Positions 29,606-43,195 of a stretch of 64,000 nt of DNA are shown piece by piece. The notes below the pieces were generated by a model that ran no database searches, was not told where the DNA came from, and saw nothing but the letters and a program-made list of their open reading frames with translations. How positions within the stretch are numbered: position 1 is the stretch's first letter; each line of letters begins with the position of its first letter. The stretch comes from the human T2T-CHM13v2.0 reference genome, Homo sapiens, in NCBI RefSeq assembly GCF_009914755.1, contig NC_060935.1. One strand, written 5' to 3'. A program made the translations under genes and the position numbers.

Positions 29606-29744
29606 CTCGTGTGGCAGAAACAATGCCTCTTACTGATCACATATGAAGACTATGTTTCTTGACCCCTTTGCAGTTAGGCTGAGACCAATAGAAGGCTTTG
29701 GCCTAATGAGATATGTGCAGAAGAGAGATAAGCCCTTGCTTCTA

Positions 29745-29888
29745 AGGGACAGTGGCATCATCATCTCCTTGACAATTGTTAGACATGCAGAATCCCGGGT
29801 TCCACCTGAGACCTCCTGAGTCAGAATCCTCATTTTAACAAGGTCTCAGGTGATTCTAATTCACAGTAAAGTCTGAGAAGCACTGATA
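29745..29888. mobile_element. MER5A
   Basis: ttgttagacatgcagaatc...ttttaacaagg...gagaagcactg. Confidence 0.8.
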
Positions 29889-30164
29889 CAGGCCACTTCC
29901 AGACCTGGCACTTTATTTTGTTGTTGCTATTTTCCTATGATAATAATACATTTAGAGAACTCTTGCTAACTGGTCTAGCAGAAAATAAATTGCAACAGTT
30001 TTGCAGAATTATAGCCTCATTCCACATAGAAATAAAGGGCTATGCATAATAGAATGGGGAGCCTCTGGAGGGGCCGGATCAATTGGGAGGGAGGTGAAGG
30101 CCCTTGGCTGTTACCCATGTGCCAGCCCAGGTGACCACAGACTCTACTGGCAGCAAAACAATAA

Positions 30165-30547
30165 TTTTGTTTATGTATTTTTTTCTTCCAACTTTTATTT
30201 TAGGTTCAGCGGGGTACATGTGCAGGTTTGTTACATGAGTAAGTTGCGTGTCACTGGGGTTTGGTGAACAAATGATTTCATCACCCAGGTAGTGAGCATA
30301 CTACCTGATAGGTAGTTTTTCAATCCTCACCCCCCTCCCACCCTCCACCCTCAAGTAAGCCCCAGTGTCTATTGTTCCCGTCTTTGTGCCCATGTGTACT
30401 CAATGTTTATCTCCCAGTTATACATGAGAACCTGTGGTATTTGGTTATTTGTTCCTGTGTTAATTCACCTAGGATAATGGCCTCCAGCTGTATCCATGTT
30501 GCTGCAAAGGACATAATTTCATTCTTTTATATGGCTGCATAGTATTC

Positions 30548-30595
<48 letters not shown>

Positions 30596-31034
30596 ACATT
30601 TATATATATTTATATATGTATATAACATATATACACATAACATTTTCTTTATCCAGTCTACTGTTGATGGGCATCTAGGTTGATTCCATGTCTTTGCTAT
30701 TGTGAATAGTGCTGTGATGCACCTAAGTGTGCTGGTGTCTTTATGGTAGAATGACTTATATTCCTTTGGGTATATACCCAGTAATGGGATTATTGGGTCA
30801 AATAGTAGTTCTGTTTGATTTGAGAAATCACCAAACTGCTTTCCCGAATGGCTGAACTAATTTACATTCCCACTAGCAATGTATAAGTGTTCCCTTTTCT
30901 CTGCAACCTCGCCAGCATCTGTTAGTTTTTTACTTTTTAGTAATAGCCATTCTGACCGATGTGAGATGGTATCCCATTGTGGTTTTGATTTGCATTTCTC
31001 TAATGATTAGTGATATTAAACATTTTTTCATGTG
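30165..31034 (-). mobile_element. L1PA13-16/L1PB 3' portion with internal (CA)n at 30551-30594
   Basis: ggggtacatgtgcaggtttgttacatg...gatttgcatttctctaatgattagtgat. Confidence 0.9.
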
Positions 31035-31331
31035 CCAGACCTGGCAGTTTAAAACACTGTGGAAAATCTAACCCTACAGCTATCTTTTCCTCTTGTGCAG
31101 TAACCTTAGAGTCCAAGAGTTCCAGACATCAAATCTACAACATGGAGGTCCTCCAACCAACAAGGGACCACAGCATAAGCAAAAAATAAACTTCTAAGTA
31201 AAGGCACCAATATTTCAGAGACTGCCTGTTTTAGCTACTCATAATTATTCTGGTTTTCAGTAAGATATATTTGTTTGAACTAGATTAAGTAGATTCCTAT
31301 TTTTTAAAACCAAGAGAGCTTTGCCCACAAC

Positions 31332-31516
31332 ACTGGTTCTCAATTGAGTATGTATCAGTATCACCTGAAGGACTTCTAAAACCAGATTGCTGGGCTCCAC
31401 CCCAGAGTTTCTGATTTAGTAGATCCAGGGTGAGGCACAGCAATTTGCATTTTTATCAAGTTCCCAGGTGATGCTGATCCTGCTGGCCCAGGGACTACGT
31501 TTTGAGAAACACTGGT
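31332..31516. mobile_element. MER5A
   Basis: cagattgctgggctccaccccagagtttctgatt...tttgagaaacactg. Confidence 0.85.
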
Positions 31517-31637
31517 TTACAACGTTGCTGTTAAATGCTTTCCACCTAGAGAGAGAGAAATATTATGCAGCATTAAAAAAGAAGGAAGGAAATCCTGCCA
31601 TTTGTGACAACATGGATGAACCTGGAGGACATAATGC

Positions 31638-31681
<44 letters not shown>

Positions 31682-31811
31682 TATATATATACACACACAT
31701 ATATATATACATACACACACACACACACACACATATATACAGATACATATATATGTATATGGCCAGGGAGAGAGAGTGAGAGGGAGGGAGAGAAATATTA
31801 TGTTAATATAA

Positions 31812-32451
31812 TGAAGTGGCATCATTGTCTGGGGTAAATACCTAAGGTTTGTCGTCTCATGCCAAGGCAATCAAGTATGCAGACACACAAGAAGTGAGTT
31901 GAGGAGTGGAGGTTTAATAGGCAAAAGAAAGAGAAAGGAGAACAGCTCTCTCTCCTGGAGAGAGAAGGGCGCCTGAATGGGATTTCTGGCCCACAGCAGA
32001 GTGCACAGGGTTTTATAGACACGAGTGAGGTGGTGATGTCTGATTTACATAGGGCCCAAAGATTGGTTGGACTAAGTGTGATGGTTACATAGTGCAAGAG
32101 GAAGCTGGCCACCACACTCTAATCTTTTATTATGTAAATGGAGTCTCCACTTGGCCAGCGCCATGTTGTCTGCTCCTTACTGTGCACGTGGTTGACAAGG
32201 AAAAGGGAAGATGGAGCCTCCATGTTGGACATGCCTAGCCCCCAGGTAGCCTTTTCCTATAGGCACAGCTGCTGGCATTCACCACTGCAAGCTTCCAGCT
32301 TCCTTATCTATGTCTATGGCTTGATTTTACAGGTTGCTTTTTGTTAGAAAGAAATTATTTTGGGGATGCTTTTCATTAAAAGGAAAACCTTACTGAGGAC
32401 TTTCTTACTCTCACTATCTGCCTAAATAAGTTCTTTTTAACTCCTGCATCA
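31812..32451 (-). mobile_element. ERV1 solo LTR (LTR9-like)
   Basis: TG...CA termini, 4-bp TSD ATAA, 640 bp; subfamily name from memory. Confidence 0.8.
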
Positions 32452-33351
32452 ATAATATTATATTTTGAAAATGTGGTCTGTGTATATATGTGTGTACATA
32501 TATACATATATATAAGGATATACACAAACACGTATACACAGACCACACTTTTTTTTACCCATTTATCCTATCTATGATAGACACTTAGGTGGTTTTTGTA
32601 TCTTGACTATTACGCACGATGCTGCTATGAACGTAAGGGTACAGATATCTATCTCTTTGATACAATGATTACTATTACTATTATGTTTCTAGAAAGAGCC
32701 ATTTGTTATCAAGGGTAAGTCTCTCCATATATAGAACTGAAAAGATTCTCAGTAATCAGTAAGAATTTTCAGAGATCTACTTGTGCAAAAGTTGGTGTTG
32801 TTTTGTACATCTGAGGCAGGAGCAGGGGTGGCAAGAATGAAAACCAGGCAGTTGCTGCTGCGGCAAACACTCTTAATTACCTCACAACCTATCTGCTCAA
32901 GTTACAAATCACAATGGCCTTTTTATGTCTCTTATCATTCTAGGGTCAACTTAGTTTACTAAAATTAAGCTGCTTGTCATCTTCCAGAATAGTACACGAG
33001 ACTATAATATATGCTCTTTCCACCTACTTCAAAAGCCCTATGACCTATATTTTTTTAATCCTTAAATGTACCAACTCACACAAAAGCACTCTTTAAAAAA
33101 AAAAAATTATTCTTTCAGGATTGTCCCTTTAAAAATAGTAGTGTCTGTAGAAATGTCATATCAAAAGAAATTGCTCAGAGATAGAAGTACTTAGCTTTTT
33201 TGTTATTATATTAGAGATTTGCTGATCTGAGAATGGAAAAATGACTGATACTGAATAAAAATACCATGGTGCCAAAAGGGAGATGTATTTACTTTATTTA
33301 TTTATTTGTTTATGTTATAAAAATTTCATTTCATTTTTTCTGTTTGTTTGA

Positions 33352-33681
<330 letters not shown>

Positions 33682-33699
33682 TTGCCTTCATTTTTTAAG

Positions 33700-34028
33700 A
33701 AACTTCAACTTTTAAGTTCAGGGGTACATGTGTAGGTTCGTTACATGGGCACATTGTGTGATGCTGCGGTTTGGGATACGATTGATCCCATCACCCAGGT
33801 AGTAAGCATAGGACCCAACAGGAAGTCGTTCAGCCTTTGGCCCTCATCCCATTCTCCTTTCTCTAGTAATCCTCAGGGTCTTTATGTTCATGTATACTCG
33901 ATGCTTAGCTCCCACTTATAAGTGAGAACAGGAGGAATTAGGTTTTCTGTTCCTGTGTTAATTTGCTTATGATAATGGTCTCCAGCTGCATCCATGTTGC
34001 TGCAAAGGACATAATTTTGTTCTTTTAT
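33700..34028 (-). mobile_element. L1PA13-16-like 3' end
   Basis: ttttaagttcaggggtacatgtg...gctgcaaaggacataatt. Confidence 0.85.
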
Positions 34029-35714
34029 ATGACTTTGTAGTATTTCATTCATCTCATATTTTAAAATCTGAATAAGATTCTGTATTAACTGGAGCCTGGT
34101 TCTTTTTGCTTTTAAAAATGAAAACCCTCTTTGAATCTCCCCAGAATTGATCCCTAAAAGGAGCTAGAGCTAAGACATTAAGCTGGTTAGCTGGCATTCT
34201 TACTAGTTGCTACGTAAAGTTATGGTCTCTGCTGCACAATTGTCAACCACATGCCCTTTTAGAATTTCTTGCACTCTGAGCTCTGAGAAGGTGCTGTGTT
34301 CTCACTTTTCTCTAGGCCTTTGTACAGCCTCCTTTTGTCTAAAAAACCTTAAGTCTGCTATTTTGATGAGTCCTCTATTACCCTATGACACACCCTATGC
34401 CCAGATTTTGATGGCCCTTAGCCCCTCCTTTTCCCACCATCGCGGTGAGAATCCTAATGTTCCCTTCCCCAAAGTGTCCTCAACTCTTTAGGAGGTCTAC
34501 AAAAGGGTGACTCATATGCCCATCAATCAGTTGTCAGTTTCATTCTCCCCCGAATGTCTGCCATGTTTCCTACCCTTGCTCTAGCTCTCATTCCCTAGGA
34601 CCCGGGAACTACTTGAGAGCAGTCCTCACTGCACATGATGCCAGCTGCATGAATGCCAAAGTTCTTGCCAACAATGCTGGTGTTGAACTACATGAATGGG
34701 AGAGGGATGCTGGCTTCCCTGATGAAATAGAAGAATGCTCCTCTCCCTCTAACGCTGTGCCCTACTTTGTCACTGAGCCCCAAAGAAAACAGTTATTTCA
34801 TCTGCCTTGAGCAAGACCCCAAGCAAGAGCACATACATCTTTCTCCAACTATAAGGAACAGTTCTTCCTCATCAGGACAGTCTAAGTCTAGTCATTAAAA
34901 AATATATTGCTTTAAGTTCTCATTTTACCAACAGGCTATTTTCCTTCTAAGTGGTCCCCCCAGTCACACTGCCACAAAAATGTCCATTTTATAAGAAAGG
35001 CTCTACTCTATGTAACCCCTTTCCTAGACCCACAGCACTGAGCAGACATAAGGGCAGATGAATACAATACAGTAATGGAAGCAAGCATCTTGTTAATCTC
35101 TCAACAACACACATAAAAAGTCATTTAAATTCTTCATTTTTCCTGATCACTTTAGACCTATACTGAGTCAGCACTTGGGAATCCTCTCATCTCCCCCAGC
35201 TTCCCTTTTCTACCCTTCTGCTCCTGGCTTGCTGTTTCCCTTCTCTCAGATCAAAGTCATAGATACATTTCTTCCTAGTTCCTCCATAGCTGCAGGCATT
35301 CTTCATAGCTGGGCATCTACAATCCAAATATTCCCTTCTTACCTCCAGCAGCACACATCAACATACTATGCTAGAAGACTGTTTTTCTACCAACACTGGA
35401 AGGAAGAAGAAGGAAGGAAATGGAGACAGAACATCCCTCATGTCATATGTATGTTCATCTAGAAAATTCTGCACCAAAGATGCATGAAAATATCCAGGTT
35501 TTAGAAGACAAAAAGCTGCAGTCTAGAAATGGCAATTTCATCAGTTTTGATATTTCTAAGATCACAGGGCCAGGATTCACTCTCAGGCTAATCTCAAGGG
35601 ACCATAGGCATTCTCTGCCCTCCACAGACTCTATCAAGGATAATTATCATACATATTTGACCTAAGAATCGGATCTCTGCCCTGAGATGATGACTTTGAC
35701 TACATTATTTTGTT

Positions 35715-35850
35715 TGATTATTTTTATTTTTATAGAGACAGGGTTTTGCTATGTTGCCCAAGCTAATCTTGAACTCCTGTTCTCAAGCGATCTTCCAGCC
35801 TCAGCCTCCTAAAGTGCTCGGATCACAAGTATAAGCTGCCATGCCCAGCC
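35715..35850 (-). mobile_element. FLAM/Alu monomer
   Basis: tagagacagggttttgctatgttgccc...catgcccagcc. Confidence 0.85.
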
Positions 35851-35864
35851 AAAATACCCATTTT

Positions 35865-36153
35865 AAAATTATTATTATAGTTTAAGTTCTGGGATACATG
35901 TGCAGAACCTCAAGGTTTGTTATACAGGTATACACGTGCCATGGTGGTTTGCTGCACCCATCAACCCATCATCTGCATTAGGTATTTCTTCTAGTGCTAT
36001 CCCTCCTCTAGCCCCCAACCCCCCAACAGGCCCCAGTGTGTGTTGTTCCCCTCCCTATGTCCATTGTTCGACTCCCACTAATGAGTGAGAACATGGGGTA
36101 TTTGGCTTTCTGTTCCTGTGTTAGGTTGCTGAGAATGATGGTTTCCAGCTTCA
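35865..36153 (-). mobile_element. L1PA7/8-like 3' end
   Basis: ttaagttctgggatacatgtgcagaac...gagaatgatggtttccagcttcat. Confidence 0.88.
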
Positions 36154-36159
36154 TTTTTG

Positions 36160-36630
36160 AGTTAGATTCATTCAACTAAAAGTAACGGAGACCCAAAATA
36201 TTGTGACCTAAATAGAATACAGATTGTTTCCTGTCTTATGTGAAATTCTAAAGTTACGCAGTTTAAGGCTGGACTGGTAGTTTTGAAAAGTCCTTGGCAA
36301 CTCAGGTGCCTTTTAGGTCACTACCCCACCCACTCAGTATCTTAGCTTAAGACGACATATCCACATTACGAGGAGCAGTATGGAGAAAGTATGAAAAAGA
36401 AGGAACAAAAGTTGCTTGCCACCTATCTCCTACAGTTCCTGAAAGCTGCCACACAGCATTCTACTTACATCTTGTTCCTCAACGCAAGGCCATTCCTGGC
36501 TGCAAGGAAAGTGGAAGGTGGAACATTGACTCTTTTTCTGGGCAGCCATATGCCTGCCTAAAAATTCTATTCCTATGGCAGAATAGAGGGAGATTGACTA
36601 TCAAGGGACAATTGGCAGTCTCTGCCACAT
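36160..36630 (-). mobile_element. Old MLT1 (J/K-type) LTR
   Basis: ggctgcaaggaaagtggaa...gggacaattggcagtctctgccaca. Confidence 0.55.
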
Positions 36631-39600
36631 TGTGCTCCTAACGTTGCTACCTTTTTCTGTGCCAAAAATAGACTCCAGAGCCACCCAAAATAGAATGCTT
36701 TAAATTACATGTTTTTATAAAAAGTCTGCCATTCAATATAACCATAGGCAAGTCACTCAGGGTTTTAACTCTCTGCTCTGAGATGATGACTTTGACTACA
36801 TTATTTTGTTTGTTTGATTATTTTTATATTTATAGAGACAGGGTTTTGCTATGTTGCCCAAGCTAATCTTGAACGCCTGTTCTCAAGCAATCTTCAGGTA
36901 ATGCTTACCCTCCCACCTTAAAAGATTGCTCTGAGGAAATTTTGGGAGTAAACTGAGATTAAAATGTGAAAGCAATTTTTGAAATGTGATATAAATAATT
37001 CTAGAAACAAAGTAGAATTAAAGGAGTAAATTATTTCTCTCTCCTTTAAAATCCATTCTTTCATTCAAAATTATCTCCATTCTCTTTTGGGGTTCCTTAA
37101 TGAATGTGGCAGATAAATGTCAAGAGAGCAAGGGACCAGAAACAAAGGAATTGGTCTAATATTAGATGATTCGGTGAGGGGCATTGGTCTATCAAAGAGA
37201 GAAAATAATTTCATAGAAATCACCAATATTTATGAAGACTCGTAGCATCAACCTGTTGTCTCAACCTGCTTCCTATATTTGATTGTTATTATTGTATACA
37301 GGATTAGATTTTTATAACATAAATTATTTTCCTTGGGCAAAATTTCAGATTCTAGCAATCTTGTTTGCAAAGGAGGCTACCGTTGGCCATTTAGGACAAG
37401 CAGAGTAGCTATAAAATCAGCTGGTAGTTGTTTTTCTTTTTATAATTTTCTGGAGTATTAAATTTTGCTGTCATTGTTGCTTCTGTTACTGTTTGTTTAA
37501 AAGCAATGGAAAGATAGAAAGCACCTAGTAATTCTAAACTGCTTTAAGGGAGGGAACAAATCCAGGCAATAGAGTTATGTAGATGCTATAGTTTTATTCC
37601 TGCTCTGCTGGAGGATCAGAAGAGGCACAGAGTGGACAGAGTCATGATATGGATTGAGACTTGGAAAAGCAAAGAGGACAATTCTGAAAATTATGTTACA
37701 GAAGATCCTGGCTATACATATATACACTGTATATACCTTCCGTCCCTGTGGTCTGGCATCATACAAAGTCAAGCACACTGCTGAGATGCCCTCCAGGTAA
37801 GATATCTATTAGTCGGAATATACTGGATTATAGTGCACTAACAAAAGAACCTGAAATTCTCAAGGACTTAACACAATAAAGGTTAATTTCTTTTCCATAC
37901 TAAATATCTAACATGAGTCAGAGGAGATTATGCTTCACACAGTCACTCAAGGATACATGCTGCCAGAATCTCTGCCAACTTTTAGCTGTAGCACCTGGAA
38001 AATAAAGTCCCTACAGTACTCACAGAAGAGACTTTTCCACCTCAGTCTATGTATAATACAATTCACTTCTGTGCATAGTACATTGGCTGGAACTAGTCAC
38101 ATGACCCCAATCTAAATACAAGGAAGCTAGATAACGCAGGCTAGTATATGGAATATTTAGGGTGACTTGTCTATGCTCTAGTGATAGTTAAATTATCTAA
38201 GAAATACTTCCCGCTCCATTTTTTTCCTCATGCATTCTGACAATGACAGGTTTTATTATGAGGAACTTTCTTTGGTAGGTGGAAAAACAGATCTTGGTCT
38301 TTTAGCACAATTTCCTCTACACACAGATGTGTGTGCACATATGCACACAGAGGAGTAAAAATTCACTGTCGAGGGCATGGAGAGGCACATATATTTATTC
38401 TAAAATGGGCTGGATTTTATTCTGAAAAGAGTGGGTGGTAGAATGGCATAGTGGTAAAAGTGCAAGCACTAGAACTAGACACCTTGAGTTTGAATTTCAG
38501 CTATCCTGTTTACCAGCCATGTGGCCTTGGTAAAGATATTTGAACTGTCTGTGTCACAGTTTCCTTATCTCTAAAATAGAGATGATTATAGAACTTTTTT
38601 AGGGTTGTGAGGATTAAATACATTTAAATGACACATATAAAGTGCTTAGCATTAAGCCTGGCACTTATATCTTAAAAGATAACTCATTCTTTAGTATCTA
38701 ACTTTCTAATGCACCTACTTGGATTAATGATTCACTGTACAGTTTGCTTATCTTTTTCTTCCATTTTCTTCCTAACGTTCTGTTTCTCCAGTCTCCCCAG
38801 TTGGTCCTGCTTTTCCTGGTGAAGGAATCAAATAGAATTTATCCAAAAATTTAAAAAACACACCATGTTGATGTTGAATAGTAATGATGCCCTTCAGTCC
38901 TTGGATGCTTCTCATCCACTAAGTCAGTCTGTCTAGCAAAGTTTATGAGACTGAAGTAATATGAGGGATGCTGGAGTCTCCTTGCATAGTCTGGAATTAA
39001 TGCTTTTCTACTTACTATTACATTGGCCACCTTAATGCACTTCCCTGACCCTCATTTCTTTATTTGTAATGTACAAATAATTATAATATGTACATCATAC
39101 GGCTGGTGACAGCATTCAGTGGTACAATGCATATAAACATTTAGCACAGTGATTGCTACAGAGTAAGTGCTCAATCAATGTTTATACTGTGTAGCATGAG
39201 GACAACACTTTCCTCAAAGGATATGCACAAACTTAAGATGTGAACACACCATAAACTGTCACTTCAGTACTTTATATGTGTGTGTGTCTGTATGTGTGTG
39301 CATTATATATTCTGCTCTTTCCTAAAACACAAATATATGAAATCAACTGGCATTTGCATTTTGTACTGGGGGTAACTGCTGGCCCATCGGTGGATTACTG
39401 TCCTTTCAGCATAGCCCACATGAAGCATCAATATATTGTTAATCACTTGGATATACACATCATTCTCAGTGCTTTATGCTAGAAACTTGCCAACCAGCAT
39501 CAAAACAAAATCAAATTCGTAAGTATTTATTGAATGCTTACTTTATGCAGGTTCCAAATGCTATCAAGCCTAGGAAATATTTTTAGCTTCATGCATTATC

Positions 39601-40064
39601 AGTTGACTGATACCAAATGTACTGACTTCTTACTGGAACATCATCATGGAATATTCTGAGTGCCATTACCTGCATTTAAAAGAGCTCCTATCAGGAGCAC
39701 TCTATGCCATTTGCTCCATATTGCTCTAAGGAAAGAAAATACAGTAGAAATGGACAGCTGATTTTGTATTGTTTTTCTAGCGTCTCATCTGATGAAATAG
39801 TTCCATCTGACTGCCTCGATGGATGAGAATAAGAAGTTTTCCTGCTAATACGAAGATTGAATCTCACTGAAAAATATACAGTACATTATTGTGTCTTCAT
39901 ATTAATAAACATTGGCAACCAGTGGGCTTCTTATTTTATTATTTTTTATGGTTATATTAGTCCACCTAATCTGGCAATGTGTAATGCACATGTGCCAGAC
40001 ATTAGACCAGTAAGCACATCTTGTGACCACTGCAAATTTACTTATTAGCTGGCAAGTTCTACAT

Positions 40065-40377
40065 CAGTGCTGTCCAATAGAAACATAATGTGAAAGACTT
40101 ACGTGATTTAAAATCTTCTGGTAGCCACATTTTAAAGGCCAAAATAAAAAGGAATAGGTGAGATCTTAATAACAATTTTTTAGCCTAATATATCCAAAAT
40201 ATTTTCATTTCAAATATAATCAAGATAAAAAGTATTAATGGGATATATTATATGCTTTATTTTGTCTTTGAAACCCAGTGTGTATTTTACACTTATAGTG
40301 TATATCTTAATTTGGACTAACTGAATTTCAAGTGCTAATGAGCCACCTGTGGTTGGTGGCTACTACACTGGACAGTG
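40065..40377. mobile_element. MER33 hAT-Charlie element
   Basis: cagtgctgtccaatagaaacataatgtga...ggctactacactggacagtg. Confidence 0.8.
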
Positions 40378-40691
40378 AAATGTTATATTACCATTGTTGT
40401 GTTATTAGATAGGGTAAAAACTTAATAAAATGTTGGCACTTTCTATGGAAATGTATATCATATATGTTATTTATTACTTTATAATTTAAATAAAGTAGAT
40501 ATTTCTAAATAATATTTTAAATGACAAAAAAGAATAAAATAATTAGAAAATAAAATATATTAAACATTTAAAACCTTACATTGTAAAACATATATCACAT
40601 GGGCAAAGGAAAGGAGGAAAGGATCCGAGAACATAGAAGGAGCAGGTAATTTATCAAGGCATGAACACGGGTGCTTAATTTCCTATTTTGA

Positions 40692-41118
<427 letters not shown>

Positions 41119-42832
41119 ACCAAACATAAAGGAATAATTTTGGGGGAAAATCTTCATAAATGAAAGAACAACATAGGCTGTTGAGTATATGCACAGAAAT
41201 TCAAGAGATCTTCCAGCAATTGAAGACATTGGTTTACCAGAATTCACAAAAGAAGTCAGCTGTGCATTTAAAGTAGAATGTGATGAGTGTTACCACTGAG
41301 GTAGGAACTGGGAACTAAGGAAGCGTAAGACAGAAAGTGCTGAACTGAGAGTTGGGCATTGGAGGCTGTGTAAGGCAGGGTAAGTGAATGTCTCCTAGAA
41401 GCTACCTTTAAATGGAGTTTTGAAGTACTTGTAGGAGTAGCTTAGGTGAAAAGAAGAGGAGAAACATGTATCAGGCAGAGGGACTAGAACCTTATTACCT
41501 TCAAAGAAGAAGCAAAAAGAATACATGTGACTTTGAGGTGGTGGGAGGTGCTTTAAGCCAATATAGGTGAATTTGACATAGGACTTCCCTAAATAATGTT
41601 CGGTCATTTGTTAAATATTGAGTGATATATCACTGTATTAAAGCCCAAGAGTTGCTTTTATATAGAAAGAAGAAAAAAGCCCAAGAGAGTTTTATTTCTA
41701 GAGGGAATATTTTCTAGAAATAAAGGAAGGTGTATCAGCCAGTTTCTAGTCAGGAAAACAGAAATCACACCTGATATGCAAAATAGAGGAAAATCAGGGA
41801 ATTCATTAATCCAGAGATTTGGTTGCTCAAGTATTAGATTGCTGAAAAGCCAGACAGGGAATATGAGGCAATCAGAGATAAGTATTAGTGACAAGCTCCA
41901 TTTATGTGCAGGATTGGAGGGACATAGGTGGGGTTCCCAGAAGCCAGAAGGTGAGACCACCTAGCAGAAGCTCAAACCACAGCTGGGGTTTCCTCACAAA
42001 AGCTGGGACCACCAGGAGGAGCTGTCCAATGGGATCTGGAGCCAGGGAGATCATGCAGTCACTACCAGGAAGGGAAGCAGAATGTAAAAGGTAGAGAGAA
42101 ATACTCCAACTGCTTCCTTGCATTCACTTTCCAATCTCCATTCACAAAGGCAAAAACCTGCTAATACAGCAGAGTGGGAAAAGCAGCCTGCCAAGGTCCT
42201 TTCTCCCACAAAACAGAGCACAAAACCAAGCAAAAACAAGGAATGCATTTGATAGCAAACAGGCTATGGACCAACCCAACATAAAAGAAATGATGAGTGA
42301 TTTCTTTTTTCATTTGGTTCAAGAAAAGTATTTCAGTAACTATTATGTAACAGAAATTCTATTTATTTTGGGGAATTCAAAGGTGAATAAAAAAGAACTC
42401 TAAATTTTTATCAATAAAATATTTCAAAAACCTCAATGAGAGTAATGGCATTAACTAGCAAATATGCTAATGAGATGAGCTAGCCATAAGAGGCTTAGAA
42501 TTGAGAGAAAGGTCTGGGGGTCTCTTGACAGGCCAAATTCAGAGCTGTTTGTGGGAATCTCTGACCTAACTGCAGGTGGAAATATAAATATGGGCATTTA
42601 GAATAGTGGCCCAAACTTTGGATGATTTCTGTCTTGGGGTCTCTCCAATTAATGGGATTGATGAGAACTGTAGACCACTGAGGTCACCATGGCTCAATGA
42701 ATAGTCCCCTGGCTTTGGAGTCAAACTGACCTGAATATGAACCCCAGCTTTGCTACTTACAGGTTGCATTTATCCTCAGTTTTCTCATCTTTCAAAGAAG
42801 AAGAACAGTAACTTCTTTAAAAGGTTATTGTA

Positions 42833-43131
42833 GGCTGGGTGCAGTGGCTCACGCCTGTAATCGCAGCACTTTGGGAGGCGGAGGCTAGTGGATCACTTGA
42901 GGCCAGGAGTTGGAAACTAGCCTGGCCAACATGGTGAAACTCTGTCTCTACAAAAAGAAATTTAAAAAATTTTGCTGGGTGTGGTGGCACACACCTGGAA
43001 TTCCAGCTACCTGGGAGGCCGAGGCATGAACATCACTTGAGTCTGGAAAGCAGAGGGTTGCAGTGAGCCAAGATTGTACCACTGTACTCAAGCCTGGGTG
43101 ACACAGTGAGACCTTGTCTAAAAAAAAAAAA
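42833..43131 (+). mobile_element. AluJ/S inserted into a MIR
   Basis: TSD AAAGGTTATTGT on both sides. Confidence 0.93.
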
Positions 43132-43195
43132 GGTTATTGTGTTATTGTAAATATTGTATATGAACTTCTATTTAACATGTTTAGTTAAATGCCTG

